Assembly (NCBI GenBank): GCA_030390025.1
Contig: JASTWF010000070.1
Span: 558,001 to 622,000 of the forward strand
From: Squalus acanthias
Taxonomy: Eukaryota
DNA length: 64,000 nucleotides
Reading direction: 5' to 3'
The position numbers and the translations under genes are program-made. Every line of letters starts with the position of its first letter. Within the stretch, counting starts at the first letter, position 1. The notes under the pieces were generated by a model. The model was not told where the DNA came from. It saw only the letters and a list, made by a program, of their open reading frames with translations, and searched no databases. Of the stretch, positions 47,253 through 58,225 are shown in pieces.

Positions 47253-49140
47253 GATTCTAATTAAACAGCGCATTACAACAAACAGTCTACAGATTCTATT
47301 TGAAAAGATTTGCTTAGAACTACAGCAAACTGAACTCATGACCGAATCCACAACAACCTCTTCCGGTAAAAGCTAGGTGATTTCACCAGCAAAATGCAGT
47401 GATAGTTACACAATACAAATTATGTGAGTAAAAAAGGTTACTGTTACATATTTAGGTGTTACCCAGAGTAGCTATTTCTTTTTTTCCACTATTTATCATA
47501 CTACCCAGCGCCATAATTCAGCTGAATACATCGCATCTACTCACATAGAAGTAATTTGTGCAGGAGAAATGTAGCAATGGGGAAGTGGACATGTGCTAAA
47601 TCATCACAACCAGAGATTAATATGGAAAGAAGGCAACCTGAAGAATTATTAATTATAACGAGTAAAGTGCGGCTTTCTAGAAACATGTTGACAGTGTTTA
47701 TAGCTCCATTTCAGTTAGTAAAGTGAGGGCAGGAACAGAGAGACCTGGGGTTCAGGGACACAAATCTTTGAAGGTCGCAGGACTAGTTCCGAAAACATTT
47801 AAAACAGAGGCATAGGTAACAAAAGCAAGGACGTTATGCTAAACCTTAATAAACTCTGGTTAGGCCTCAGCTGGAGTATTGAGGCCATTTCTGAGCACCA
47901 CACTTTAAGAAGGATGTCAAGGCCTTGGAGAGAGTGCAGAGGAGTTTTACTAGAATGGTACCAGGGATGAGGGACTTCACTTATGTGGAGAGACTGGAGA
48001 GGCTGGGATTGTTCTCCTTAGAGCAGAGAAGGATAAGAGGAGATTTCGATGTTGGGTTTCCTGAGCACCAGGAAACCCGGCTCGCAGCCATTACACATAA
48101 GTCAGGCTCCCAACTACACTGTGGGAATCTGATTTAAATATTATAATGAGTTTTCCCGCCTGAGAGCTTAAATATGGCTGCAGGAGCTTTTTGCGGTGGG
48201 TTGGTGTGGCGTTAACCCATTGTTATATTTAACCCCCCCACTTCCTCACGCCCATCTTATTCCCATCTAATCCTTCAATACAGTTCCCAGGTCATCTTGA
48301 GTTCAGGAATGAATTGCTAGGTCAATGACGTATTCTAAGAGCACTATATGTATCTTACAGAGCATCAACAGCAAGTTGCATTAATATAGCGCCTTTAACG
48401 TGGTAAAACGTCCCAAGGCGCTTAACAGGAGCGCTTAGCAAACAAAATTTGACACCGATCCACCTAAGGAGATATTGGGACAGGTGAGCAAAAGCTTGCT
48501 CGTAGAGGTGGGTTTTAAGGAGGGTCTTAAAGGTGGAGAGAGGCGGAGAGCTTTAGAGAAAGGCTTGGGACAGATTGGGATCCACACATTCTCGCTCCCA
48601 ACAGCTAAAAGTTGAAATGTACAGACATTTGCGGGGGAATCGAACAGTTAGTGACAGGAGTGTCATTCCGCCGCATTCACACTTCCAGGACTGTCCTTTC
48701 GCTTTGGAGTCAATGCCAAATCTTTGCTTGCCTGGGCGGGTCGGGTGCGGGCGATGGCCATGGCGAGTCGCGAACCCGCTGCTGGCTCCATCCCGCTGTG
48801 GAAAATGAACTTACCTTAATGGAGCCTATTGGAGCCCGCCCAGCGCGTTACCCGGCCCAATGAGATGGACTGGGGCTGGTGACGTCATTCATGACGCGTT
48901 TTCATCCGGCATCATTAAAGGAACCATGGTTACATTGCATTTGAAGTTTAATCTAAAATAGTGTTGTCGGTGCACTAAGGCGCGTGCGGGGGAGATGACA
49001 GCGGGATCCTGAACCGCTCCGAAAAATAACAACTTTCCCACCCGACCCGGCACAGATCTGGCCCGCTATCACCCCGGAAAATTCCAGCTGAGTCTGTACC
49101 GAGCTCTAACCGACTCCAACCTAAAGTCTAACTGCACGCT

Positions 49141-50890
49141 TAGGGGGGAATTTTACACGGGTTCAGAGGGCGGGATCGGTGGCGGGTCAGGTGGGAAAGT
49201 GTGTTTTTTACAGTGGTCGGGATTCCGCTGTCAACCCTCCACCACGCGCCTTTACCAAATGTCGGGACTGTCAGCGCTGGACAGACCCGACACGCAGCGG
49301 CGTGGGAGGCAATTCAGGTCATTATCACCTTGTTAACAGAGGAGTAACAACAATTTTGAGCTCGCCTTTAGAATTTACCAGCTCGCCAACGGGGTCCACG
49401 TTGCTGGGGCATCACGTCTGTTAATCTGGGCGGGAGTTGAATGGCCATGGAATCATCTCATTACTTGTCATCTGGAAATGTGCTATAAAGGCTCCCATCT
49501 CACAGCTGTTCACTTACCAAGCACAAAAGTTGTTCCTTACTGTATTTGGAAGAGAGATTGAGCTTTATGCAGGTTGCAAGTGTTTGGAGAAAACTCTCTA
49601 TCAAGTGTCACCTCATTAGAACAACCTCTTTCACCATTGACAGATTCCTTCTCTCATTTCAAGTTAACCTGCCAACTATTCCATCAGCATGGGTATGGTT
49701 TATACTCTCTCACCTTGATCCTCAGAATCTGAGCACGATCAGCCGCAACACCAGCATCACCAGGCACACCAGCAGCACCAACGACAACACCAACCTTATC
49801 CGCAATCACCTGGTGCTGCACAGGACAGAGGGCATCAGCACCCGACCACATTGCTGCCCGGGACCCCAGGGATGTCCTCACCATGGCCAGATTTACTTCA
49901 CTTGATGCTCCACACTCATATGGCTGCCACATGATGCGCCAGGTTGACACCAACCCACACCAACAACATAAAGCATCCCTACAATGTACAAGCCATTCCT
50001 TTCTCACTCATCAGCATTGCGGGGGTGGGGGGTACGATTATGTTTCACCATTCACTGCAACTCACTAAGCCACTTTCAAAGCTGCACACAAATCTGTCGA
50101 AGAACGTAAAGTGTTGAAAAAAAAGATTTCAATGTCTGACAGCACATTAGCAGATACTTCAAAAGCAGATCAGCTAAAACACACAAGTTCCTACCCTTGC
50201 GTCTTGTTAATTGGTATGACTGGACTAGGATAATGGTGAGTTCGATGGGTGGCTAGTGAGATGTGGAAGAGAGAATGTAGATAGAGAGGGCTGGGTGGAG
50301 GTGCAAGGTAAGTTGTTGTGTGTAAGGATATGCAGGAGTAGAATAGGAAAGACAGAGTCATGGGGATGTGATGAGTGGCACAGCAGGATGAGGTTGAGAG
50401 TGGCTTTGCATTAACGTTTTGTGTTCTACTGAGATCATTGAAAGGTTTGCCCCACTGAAGCCTGGTCCTCTTGACGATATCCCTGCTTGTGTCCTCCTGT
50501 GCACTGTTCAACCAGGCTGCGTTGGTCTCCTGGGGAGGTCTCTTTGGAAGGGAAATTAAGCTCCCTACGTGCTCTCGAGGGAGTCATGGGAGAGCCTGGT
50601 TGCAGCCGTGCAACTCTGTGAAGTGCTTGTCAATGTTTGCAGCACCTCAATGCTGTAGGACACGAACAGCACACGTGTCAAGGTATATTTGCGCATGGTC
50701 CCTTTAAGAAAACCGACGCAGCATCAAATGACGTCATCAGACCCGCGTTTTTCAATTGGCCGGGAAACTCGATGCGCGGGCTCATTAGCTGTGATTTTCC
50801 GACCTGGATGATGTCACCTTTCAATACTTGATTGAGCAACGGAACCAGATTGAGTTTTAGCAATCTCTTTCGCAATCTAATCCCCGGAAT
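49141..50890. mobile_element. Degenerate PIF/Harbinger-like DNA transposon
   Basis: Minus strand 50430-50610 encodes a decayed Myb/SANT-like domain (RLSHDSLE...KRPPQETNAAWLNSAQEDTSRDIVKRTRLQWGKPFNDL); ggggaatttt-type end. Boundaries approximate. Confidence 0.5.
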
Positions 50891-52461
50891 CATGCGTGGC
50901 GCTCTTTAATGAATGGCCTGCAATGGATCAATTTCGCTTTTGAAGCTAAGCCGCCAAAGTGACACACCTTAAGGTTTGGAATTCAAACAGCCACGTGATG
51001 TGTGGTGTCGGAATAATCCTTATCCGTCACTTTAATATATGACAGTGGACCTAAGAGATAGAGAGATTAATAATCTTTATTTATCAATACACTTATGCAA
51101 ACTTAGCACCTCCAGTGCTATGAGAATTACCTCAACTGTACTCACAAGCACAGCTATTTAATTATGCAAGGTAAGCACGGTGCTCGTACGTCAGCACGTT
51201 CATATTACGTGCGGTTATTACGTACGCACGCAGGGTGAATATAGAGCCATAACGGCACAGAATGAGGCCATTCTGCCCATCGACTCCGTGCCGGCTCTCT
51301 GCGGAGAAATCCAGTCAGTCCCATACCCCGCTCTATCCCCGTAGCCCTGCAAGGTTATTTCCCTCAAGTGCCTATCCAGTCTCCCATTGAAAACATTGAG
51401 TGTGTCCGCTTCCACCACTTCCGTCAGCAGCGAGTTCCAGGTCCTCACCACTCGCTGCGTAAAACAGTTTTTCCTCACATTCCCCCTGAATTTCTTGTCC
51501 AAAACCTTAAATCTGTGTCCCATATGTAAGCTCGTTGGTGCTCACGCATGCTACTCGCACCCCCGCCTCCCCCACCACCTTTGCACATGCTCATTGGCGA
51601 CACTCTCTGTCCAGTGTTCTTTGGACATTTCACATGTATGTTTAACCATATTCAGAATCGTCTCTTGCTGATCTAGGAGCACAGGAACAGGATTAGATCC
51701 ACAGTGGATTACCTCACACTCCCCCACATTGAGCGACATCTGTCACATTTCCCTCCACTCACAACCTATACATATCCCCTTCCAAATTTTTGCTCCGATC
51801 TACACAAGTTACTGTGCCTCCTAACTTAACACCACCTGCAAACTGGGATATACAACTCTCTATTCCTTCATCCAACTCATTAATATATACAGTGGAAAGA
51901 TTGAGGCCCCAGAACGGATCCCTGGGGAACATCACATTCCACATCCTACCAATCTGAGTCCCTCCTCTTTATCCCGACTCTCTGTCTGTTACTTCCCACC
52001 CAAACTCCAACCCAAATCAAAAGGCTCCACCCAATTCCATGCGGTCTCAACTTGTCCAATAATCTTTAACGTGGACCCTTATTGAATGTCTTCTGGGAGT
52101 CCATATATATAACATCCATAGACACTCCTTTGTCTATCTGATTAGTGACCTCCTCAAGAAATGCAACTGGATTATTCAGATATGATTTACCTTTAACAAA
52201 GCTATGCTGGCCCGCTCTGATCAGCTCATATTTGCTTCAGTGTGCAGTCACTCTATCCTTAATGACAGATACTATTAATTTCCCCACAACTGATGTTAAA
52301 CTGACAGGCCGGTAATTACCTAGTTTATCTCTCCCACCCTTCTTCAATAATCCAGTATCTGGAGCACTGTGTATAGGTTCTGGGCACACCAGCTCAGAAT
52401 GAATATACTGGAAGGAGTTCAGCGCAGATTCACCAGAATGTTACCAGGGATCCATGGTTTA

Positions 52462-52656
52462 TGTGGTAACACAATACAGCTTCCTGTGACTCGAACTTTA
52501 TTGCATCACTTCCTGTGATTAGTCCAGGATAAATACTGGACTGATCAGTTGGATCCTGGAGAGGCATAGAGTAAGACCTCTTTTGTATGTAGCAACTTTT
52601 TTAGTTGATTAAAGCTTACTTTAAGTTCACCACGCGTAAGGCTCATTCTTACGACA
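52462..52656 (+). repeat. 5' LTR
   Basis: Direct repeat of 56880-57074. Confidence 0.97.
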
Positions 52657-52734
52657 ATTTAATCAACTTTGGAAAACTTCGCACTCAAACTTTTTGGACG
52701 AACTCGGAACTAAGGATCCAGGGAATCACCCATC

Positions 52735-54006
52735 ATGGAAAACATCCTTAAACCATCGCGTCTTGACTTGGACCCAAACACCCCAGCAGCCGATAAGGTG
52801 TGGAAACACTGGTATCGCACGTTTGACAATTGTCTGGAATATTGTAAGGCTGATGATGACTCAAAGTTGCGGATACTCATCAACTGTGTCACCCCGAATG
52901 TATTTCAGTATGTGGAGGAATGGGACAGTTACGAGGAGGCAATTCGGAAGCTTAAGAGACTATATACTAAGACACCGAATGAGGTCTATGCCAGACATCT
53001 ACTTGCTACAGCCCAACAAGGGCCGGAGGAATCCATTGATAAATTCCTCCAAGAGCTTCGCAGACTTAGTATGGACTGTAACTTTCGGGCGGCCTCAGCT
53101 GAGCTGTACCGTGAAGAAATGATCCGTGATGCTTTCATCTGCGGGCTTGCCTCCCCATTTATACGCCAGCGTCTACTGGAAAGTAAGACACTTGAGCTTC
53201 AGGGAGCTTATGACATGGCTTGCTCTCTAGATCTGGCAAAAAGAAATGCAGACCTTTATACAGTGCCCAGACCTCGGTCTACTGCCTTAACTACAGTCAG
53301 GCAATTTAAGAGGCCACAGGTGAACTCTATTAGGGAGGTCTTTATCCCTGACGATCAATCTGATGACTTCACTGATGAAGAGGATGATGACCCCACTGTG
53401 GCAGCCTCTTGGCAATCTAAGAAATGCTTCTTTTGTGGTGATGAGTTCCACCCTCGGAAATTCTGCCCTGCTCGCAATGCGTTTTGCAGTCATTGCAACA
53501 AAAAGGGTCATTTTGCAAAGGTTTGCCTATCAAGAGCCTCTACGAGGGCTTATCAAGCTAAGTCCTACCGAACTGCCCCGGTAAGGGCCTATCAAGATGA
53601 TCCGGCTAAAATCTATCGTGCTTCCTCTCGAAGAAACACACCTAGCGTTTCAGCCACTCTTTGTGCAACGACACCAATTACAGCTGCTTGTCCTCAGAAC
53701 CTATTCCATGCAGCTACAAAAGCATCAATTAATGGACATACTTTAGATGCCTTAATTGACTCAGGTAGCACTGATAGTTTCATTAGGGAACAGATTGTTG
53801 CAGAGTTAAAGCTACATGTTTTCCCATCGGACCAGGCAGTTCCGATGGCTCAGTCATCACTTAATACCAGAATTTCTGGCTTTTGTAGGGTTGAAATAAT
53901 ACTTAATGGTCACAGATATCCCTCCACCCGGCTTTTGGTGCTCAAGGACTTATGTAGTGATCTTATCTTAGGGCTGGATTTTCAAAAGCAGCATAAGAAG
54001 CTCACC
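52735..54006 (+). CDS. gag: Gypsy Gag (two zinc knuckles) plus aspartic protease
   Basis: CFFCGDEFHPRKFC and CSHCNKKGHFAKVC; LIDSGS protease; LILGLDF; frame broken by an insertion at 54007. Confidence 0.92.
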
Positions 54007-54136
54007 TGACGAAAGGTCATCGACCTGAAACGTTAACTCTCTTTCTCTCTCCACGGATGCTGCCTGGCCTGCTGAGTTTTTCCAGCGTTTTCTGTTGTTA
54101 TTTCAGATTTCCAGCATCCGCAGTATTTTGCTATCG
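54007..54136 (+). mobile_element. 130-bp Penelope-type insertion with hammerhead-ribozyme-like core
   Basis: 13-bp TSD taagaagctcacc (53994-54006, 54137-54149); begins cTGACGA-a-aggtc-atc-gacct-GAAA-cgtta. Confidence 0.75.
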
Positions 54137-54149
54137 TAAGAAGCTCACC

Positions 54150-56400
54150 ATTGAGTTCGGCGGATCTAAACCTGAACTCACTATTTCTAATATACTACCT
54201 CGATTACCGTTCTGTGCATTGTCAGCAGCTTTACTGGATGAACCCTCACTGTTTTCCAGTATCCCTCCTCGATGCAAACCGATTATAACAAAGTCACGAC
54301 GTTTCAGTCAGGAAGACCAGTCTTTTATTGCGGCTGAGATTTCTCGGCTTTTAGCAGAGGATATCATCGAGCCTTGTTCGTCGCCATGGCGCGCCCAGGT
54401 CGTTATTGTTAAGAACCCTCTACAACCTCACAAGAAACGGCTGTGCATTGACTATTCACAGACCATCAATCAATATACGGACTTGGACGCATACCCATTG
54501 CCGCGCATCGATGATATGGTTAATAAATTGGCTGAGTACACGGTGTTCTCAACATATGATCTAAAAAGTGCCTATCATCAGGTACCCTTGAAGGTCTCAG
54601 ACAAGCAGTATACGGCCTTTGAAGCCAATGGACGGCTGTATCAATTTCGTCGCCTCCCCTTTGGGGTCACTAATGGAGTGGCTGTCTTCCAGCGAGCAAT
54701 GGATGACCTGGTCAAACAGGAAGACTTGAAGGATACGTTTCCTTATCTGGACAATATTACTGTCGCAGGTCGCAATCAGCGGGAACATGACGCCAATCTC
54801 CAACGATTTTGGGATGCACTCCAGCACCGTAATTTGACATTAAATGCGGCTAAATCCATTGAGTCACAACCAACCATCAACATCCTTGGCTATTGTGTGG
54901 GCAATGGCATCATTAAACCTGACCCTGAAAGGCTTCGCCCACTCCAAGAACTCCCGCCACCTAAGAATCCGGCCTCCTTGCACCGGGCCCTCGGCCTGTT
55001 TGCATACTGTGCTAAATGGATTCCTAACTTCTCGGACCGAATCCAACCTCTACTGAAGGCCAGCACATTCCCACTAGACACAGCGGCTGTTGCAGCCTTT
55101 AACCTCCTGAAAAAACAGTTGGAGAAAGCGACTCTTCACTCCATCGATGAGAGTCTTCCTTTTGACGTTGAGTGTGATGCCTCGGAGGTGGCGATCTCGG
55201 CCACTCTGAATCAGGAAGGTCGTCCGGTGGCATTTTTGTCCAGGACTTTTCAAGGGGCTGAGCTACATTATCCTCCAGTCGAGAAAGAAGCTACAGTCAT
55301 CATAGAGGCAGTACGGAAGTGGAGTCACCTCCTAGCTCGCCAGCACTTTACTTTAATCACGGACCAGCGATCGGTCGCCTTCATGCTCGATAATTGAAAA
55401 CGGACCAAAATTAAAAATAATAAAATCCAGCTTTGGCGGCTGGAATTGGCCTCTTTTGGTTACACCATCCACTATCGACCTGGCAAGGAGAATGTGGCTC
55501 CAGATACCCTCACACGAGCATTCTGCTCCGCCATGGCACCCTCTACGCTCGTAGACATCCATGATGGGTTGTGTCATCCGGGCGTTACTCGCATGCTACA
55601 CTTCGTGCGGTCCCGAAATCTCCCATTCTCTACCGGGGATGTAAAGAAGATGTGCTCGGACTGCAGAGTCTGTGCGGAATTGAAACCTCGGTTTTTCCGC
55701 CCCTCGGGCGGTATACTCATACATGCGACCCAGCCAATGCAACGGCTTAGCATCGATTTGAAGGGGCCGTTGCCCTCTTCAACTCGCAACACTTATCTAT
55801 TGACCATGGTCGATGAGTATTCCCGTTTTCCGTTTGACTTTCCCTGCCCCAATATGCTGACGTCCACGGTTATCAGCTGCCTTGAGCAGGTATTTGCTTT
55901 CTGTGGCATGGCATCCTATGTTCATTCGGATCGGGGCCCTTCTTTTATGTCAGGAGAACTCAAGGCCTATCTCTCGGAACGGGGTATTGCTGCCAGCAAA
56001 ACGACGCCTTATCATCCGGTCGGGAATGGGGAAGTCGAGCGTTTTAACGCTATCATCTGGAATGCGGTACGTCTGGGTTTGAGATCTCGGGGCCTACCCA
56101 ACCAGCAATGGGAAGCAGTACTTCCAGACACATTACACTCCACACGGTCCCTCCTTTCGACCGCCACAAATACGACGCCTCATGAACGGTTCTTCCGATT
56201 TCAGCGTCGCTCATCCTATGGGATATCTCTCCCGTCGTGGCTGACTGCACCGGGACCAGTGCTACTCCGAAGATATGTCCGGGCGTCTAAGAATGACCCC
56301 TGTAAGATGAGGTTGAGCTCACTGACGTCAACCCTACCTACGCCTATATTCGGTATCCTGACGGTCGGGAATCTACCGTGTCATTGCAGGATCTGGCTCT
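54150..56400 (+). pseudogene. pol: Gypsy Pol (RT, RNase H, integrase), disrupted
   Basis: SPWRAQV, RLCIDY, YPLPRID, DLKSAYHQV, LPFG, YLDN; RH ECDAS...EKEA...TDQ; TGA at 55395-55397; IN HHCC and D-D-E (SIDLKGP, HSDRG, VERFN); frameshift near 56300. Confidence 0.92.
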
Positions 56401-56879
56401 CTGCCCGCCGAACCATAGAGGGACACCAGGGGATGATATTGTACCAGGCACATCTCTGGGCTCGCCAGGTGCCTCTCATCACGATCTGGATCTGACGCCG
56501 GCTGGTACCTCACTCCAGCGTGCCGACCTGAGGCAGACTGACTATGAGCCCGTCGGGGCTCGCATGCGCAGCCACGATCCACCCTGTACCGTACGCTTGG
56601 AAGCGGATCTGCCACAGCCCTGCCCGACACCCGTTCGGGCACCAGTACACAGTCAGGATCGTCCTGACCCCTCACAGAGCGGGCTGGATCACTCGGACTC
56701 TGGTCCACGGCCCGCGGCGGGTAAACGGGCTAGGGGCCCTCTACCGCTACAAGAACCCAAACGAGTGCGGCTCTTCCTCGTCCAGCGGCTATGAAATGGA
56801 GGGAGAATGTGGTAACACAATACAGCTTCCTGTGACTCGAACTTCATCCCGGCCTCCTAATCTTTTGGGGGGGGGAGAA

Positions 56880-57074
56880 TGTGGTAACACAATACAGCTT
56901 CCTGTGACTCGAACTTTATTGCATCACTTCCTGTGATTAGTCCAGGATAAATACTGGACTGATCAGTTGGATCCTGGAGAGGCATAGAGTAAGACCTCTT
57001 TTGTATGTAGCACCTTTTTTAGTTGATTAAAGCTTACTTTAAGTTCACCACGCGTAAGGCTCATTCTTACAACA
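56880..57074 (+). repeat. 3' LTR
   Basis: Direct repeat of 52462-52656. Confidence 0.97.
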
Positions 57075-57896
57075 GTTTACATTACGAGGAGAGATTACAA
57101 AACTAGGCTTGTAATCCCTGGAATATCAAATGTTAAGCGGTGATTTCATTGAGGTTCTTTGGATTTTGAAAGGAATTAATAGGGTAGATGGAGAGACATT
57201 ACTCCTCCGTTGGGGATCGTCCAAAACAATGGGGCATAACCTTAAAATTAAGAAATTCTGTAGTGAATTCAGGAGAAACCTTTCATACCCAGAGAGTGCT
57301 GAGAATGTGGAACTCACGACCATATGCAATAGTTGACTCGAATAGCAGAGAAGTATTTAAGGGGAAGCTCTATAAGTACATGAGGGAGAAAGAAATAGAA
57401 AGATATGTTTATGGTCTGAGATGAAATAGGGTGGGAGGAGACTCGTGTGGCGCATAAACAGCGCCATCGATCAGTTGCGCTGAAAGGCCTGTTTATGCTG
57501 TACATTCCATGTAATCCACTCAATGTCCCTTTAAGTGCTGAGTAAAGACGGACCACTTTAAGCTCGTGGCAGCATTTCATGTTTATTAAGAGCTGTGTTA
57601 CACAAGTTTCCAATCACAATATGATCACAGACTAAAGGGAAATTTGTTCCCATTCTACACACAGCGAAAGTTTACACACAAGGTATTGGGGACAGTTGTA
57701 CAGAAAGTTCCATCTCACAAAGCTGCACAATCATTTCGTTCACTTCTGATATTATTAAACATTCGGCTTGTTGGCCAAAAACTGAAATTGCTACAGCGAT
57801 TACATTGCAAAAAAGGCGGATTGCACACATCGAATGATCTGTTTCATTATATTAAAAGCTCCCAAAAATCAAACTTCCACTCCAACTTGCACCGCC

Positions 57897-58225
57897 TCAG
57901 TCAGAACACGAGGAGGCGCTGATGGTCTTGAGAAGAGGCGAGCTCAGGGAGCCGTGGCTGACGCTGCAGGAATAGCTGGAGCCCTTGTTCCAGGCGGCGG
58001 CGGGGACTCTCAGGTGACTGCTCAGGCTGTAGGTTTGATCGCTGTCCGGGGACACGGCGCCTGTCGTCACTCCGCTGTCTGTCTCTTGGCCATCCACGCT
58101 CCAGCGGAGCCGCACCAAGCCCGGCTTAAAGCGACTGACCAGGCAGGACAGAGTGGCCGATCCCGAGCCTATTTCTTCCGAGGAGGGAGGGAGGAGAAGA
58201 ACCGTGGGGCTTCGATCCTCGCTGC
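57897..58225 (-). CDS. Ig light chain constant exon, copy C
   Basis: cacacag|RSEDRSPTVLLLPPSSEEIGSGSATLSCLVSRFKPG...YSCSVSHGSLSSPLLKTISASSCSD*; AATAAA at 57582-57587. Confidence 0.95.

Larger units (their letters stand above)
52462..57074 (+). mobile_element. Full-length Ty3/Gypsy LTR retrotransposon inserted in a CR1 fragment
   Basis: 195-bp TG..CA LTRs (52462-52656, 56880-57074) with 2 mismatches; 5-bp TSD GTTTA (52457-52461, 57075-57079); PPT 56867-56879; order gag-PR-RT-RH-IN. Confidence 0.97.

Noticed and set aside
56378-56936. Extra ORFs after integrase as env
   Set aside because: No signal peptide or TM segment; they are the frameshifted integrase tail and 3' UTR.
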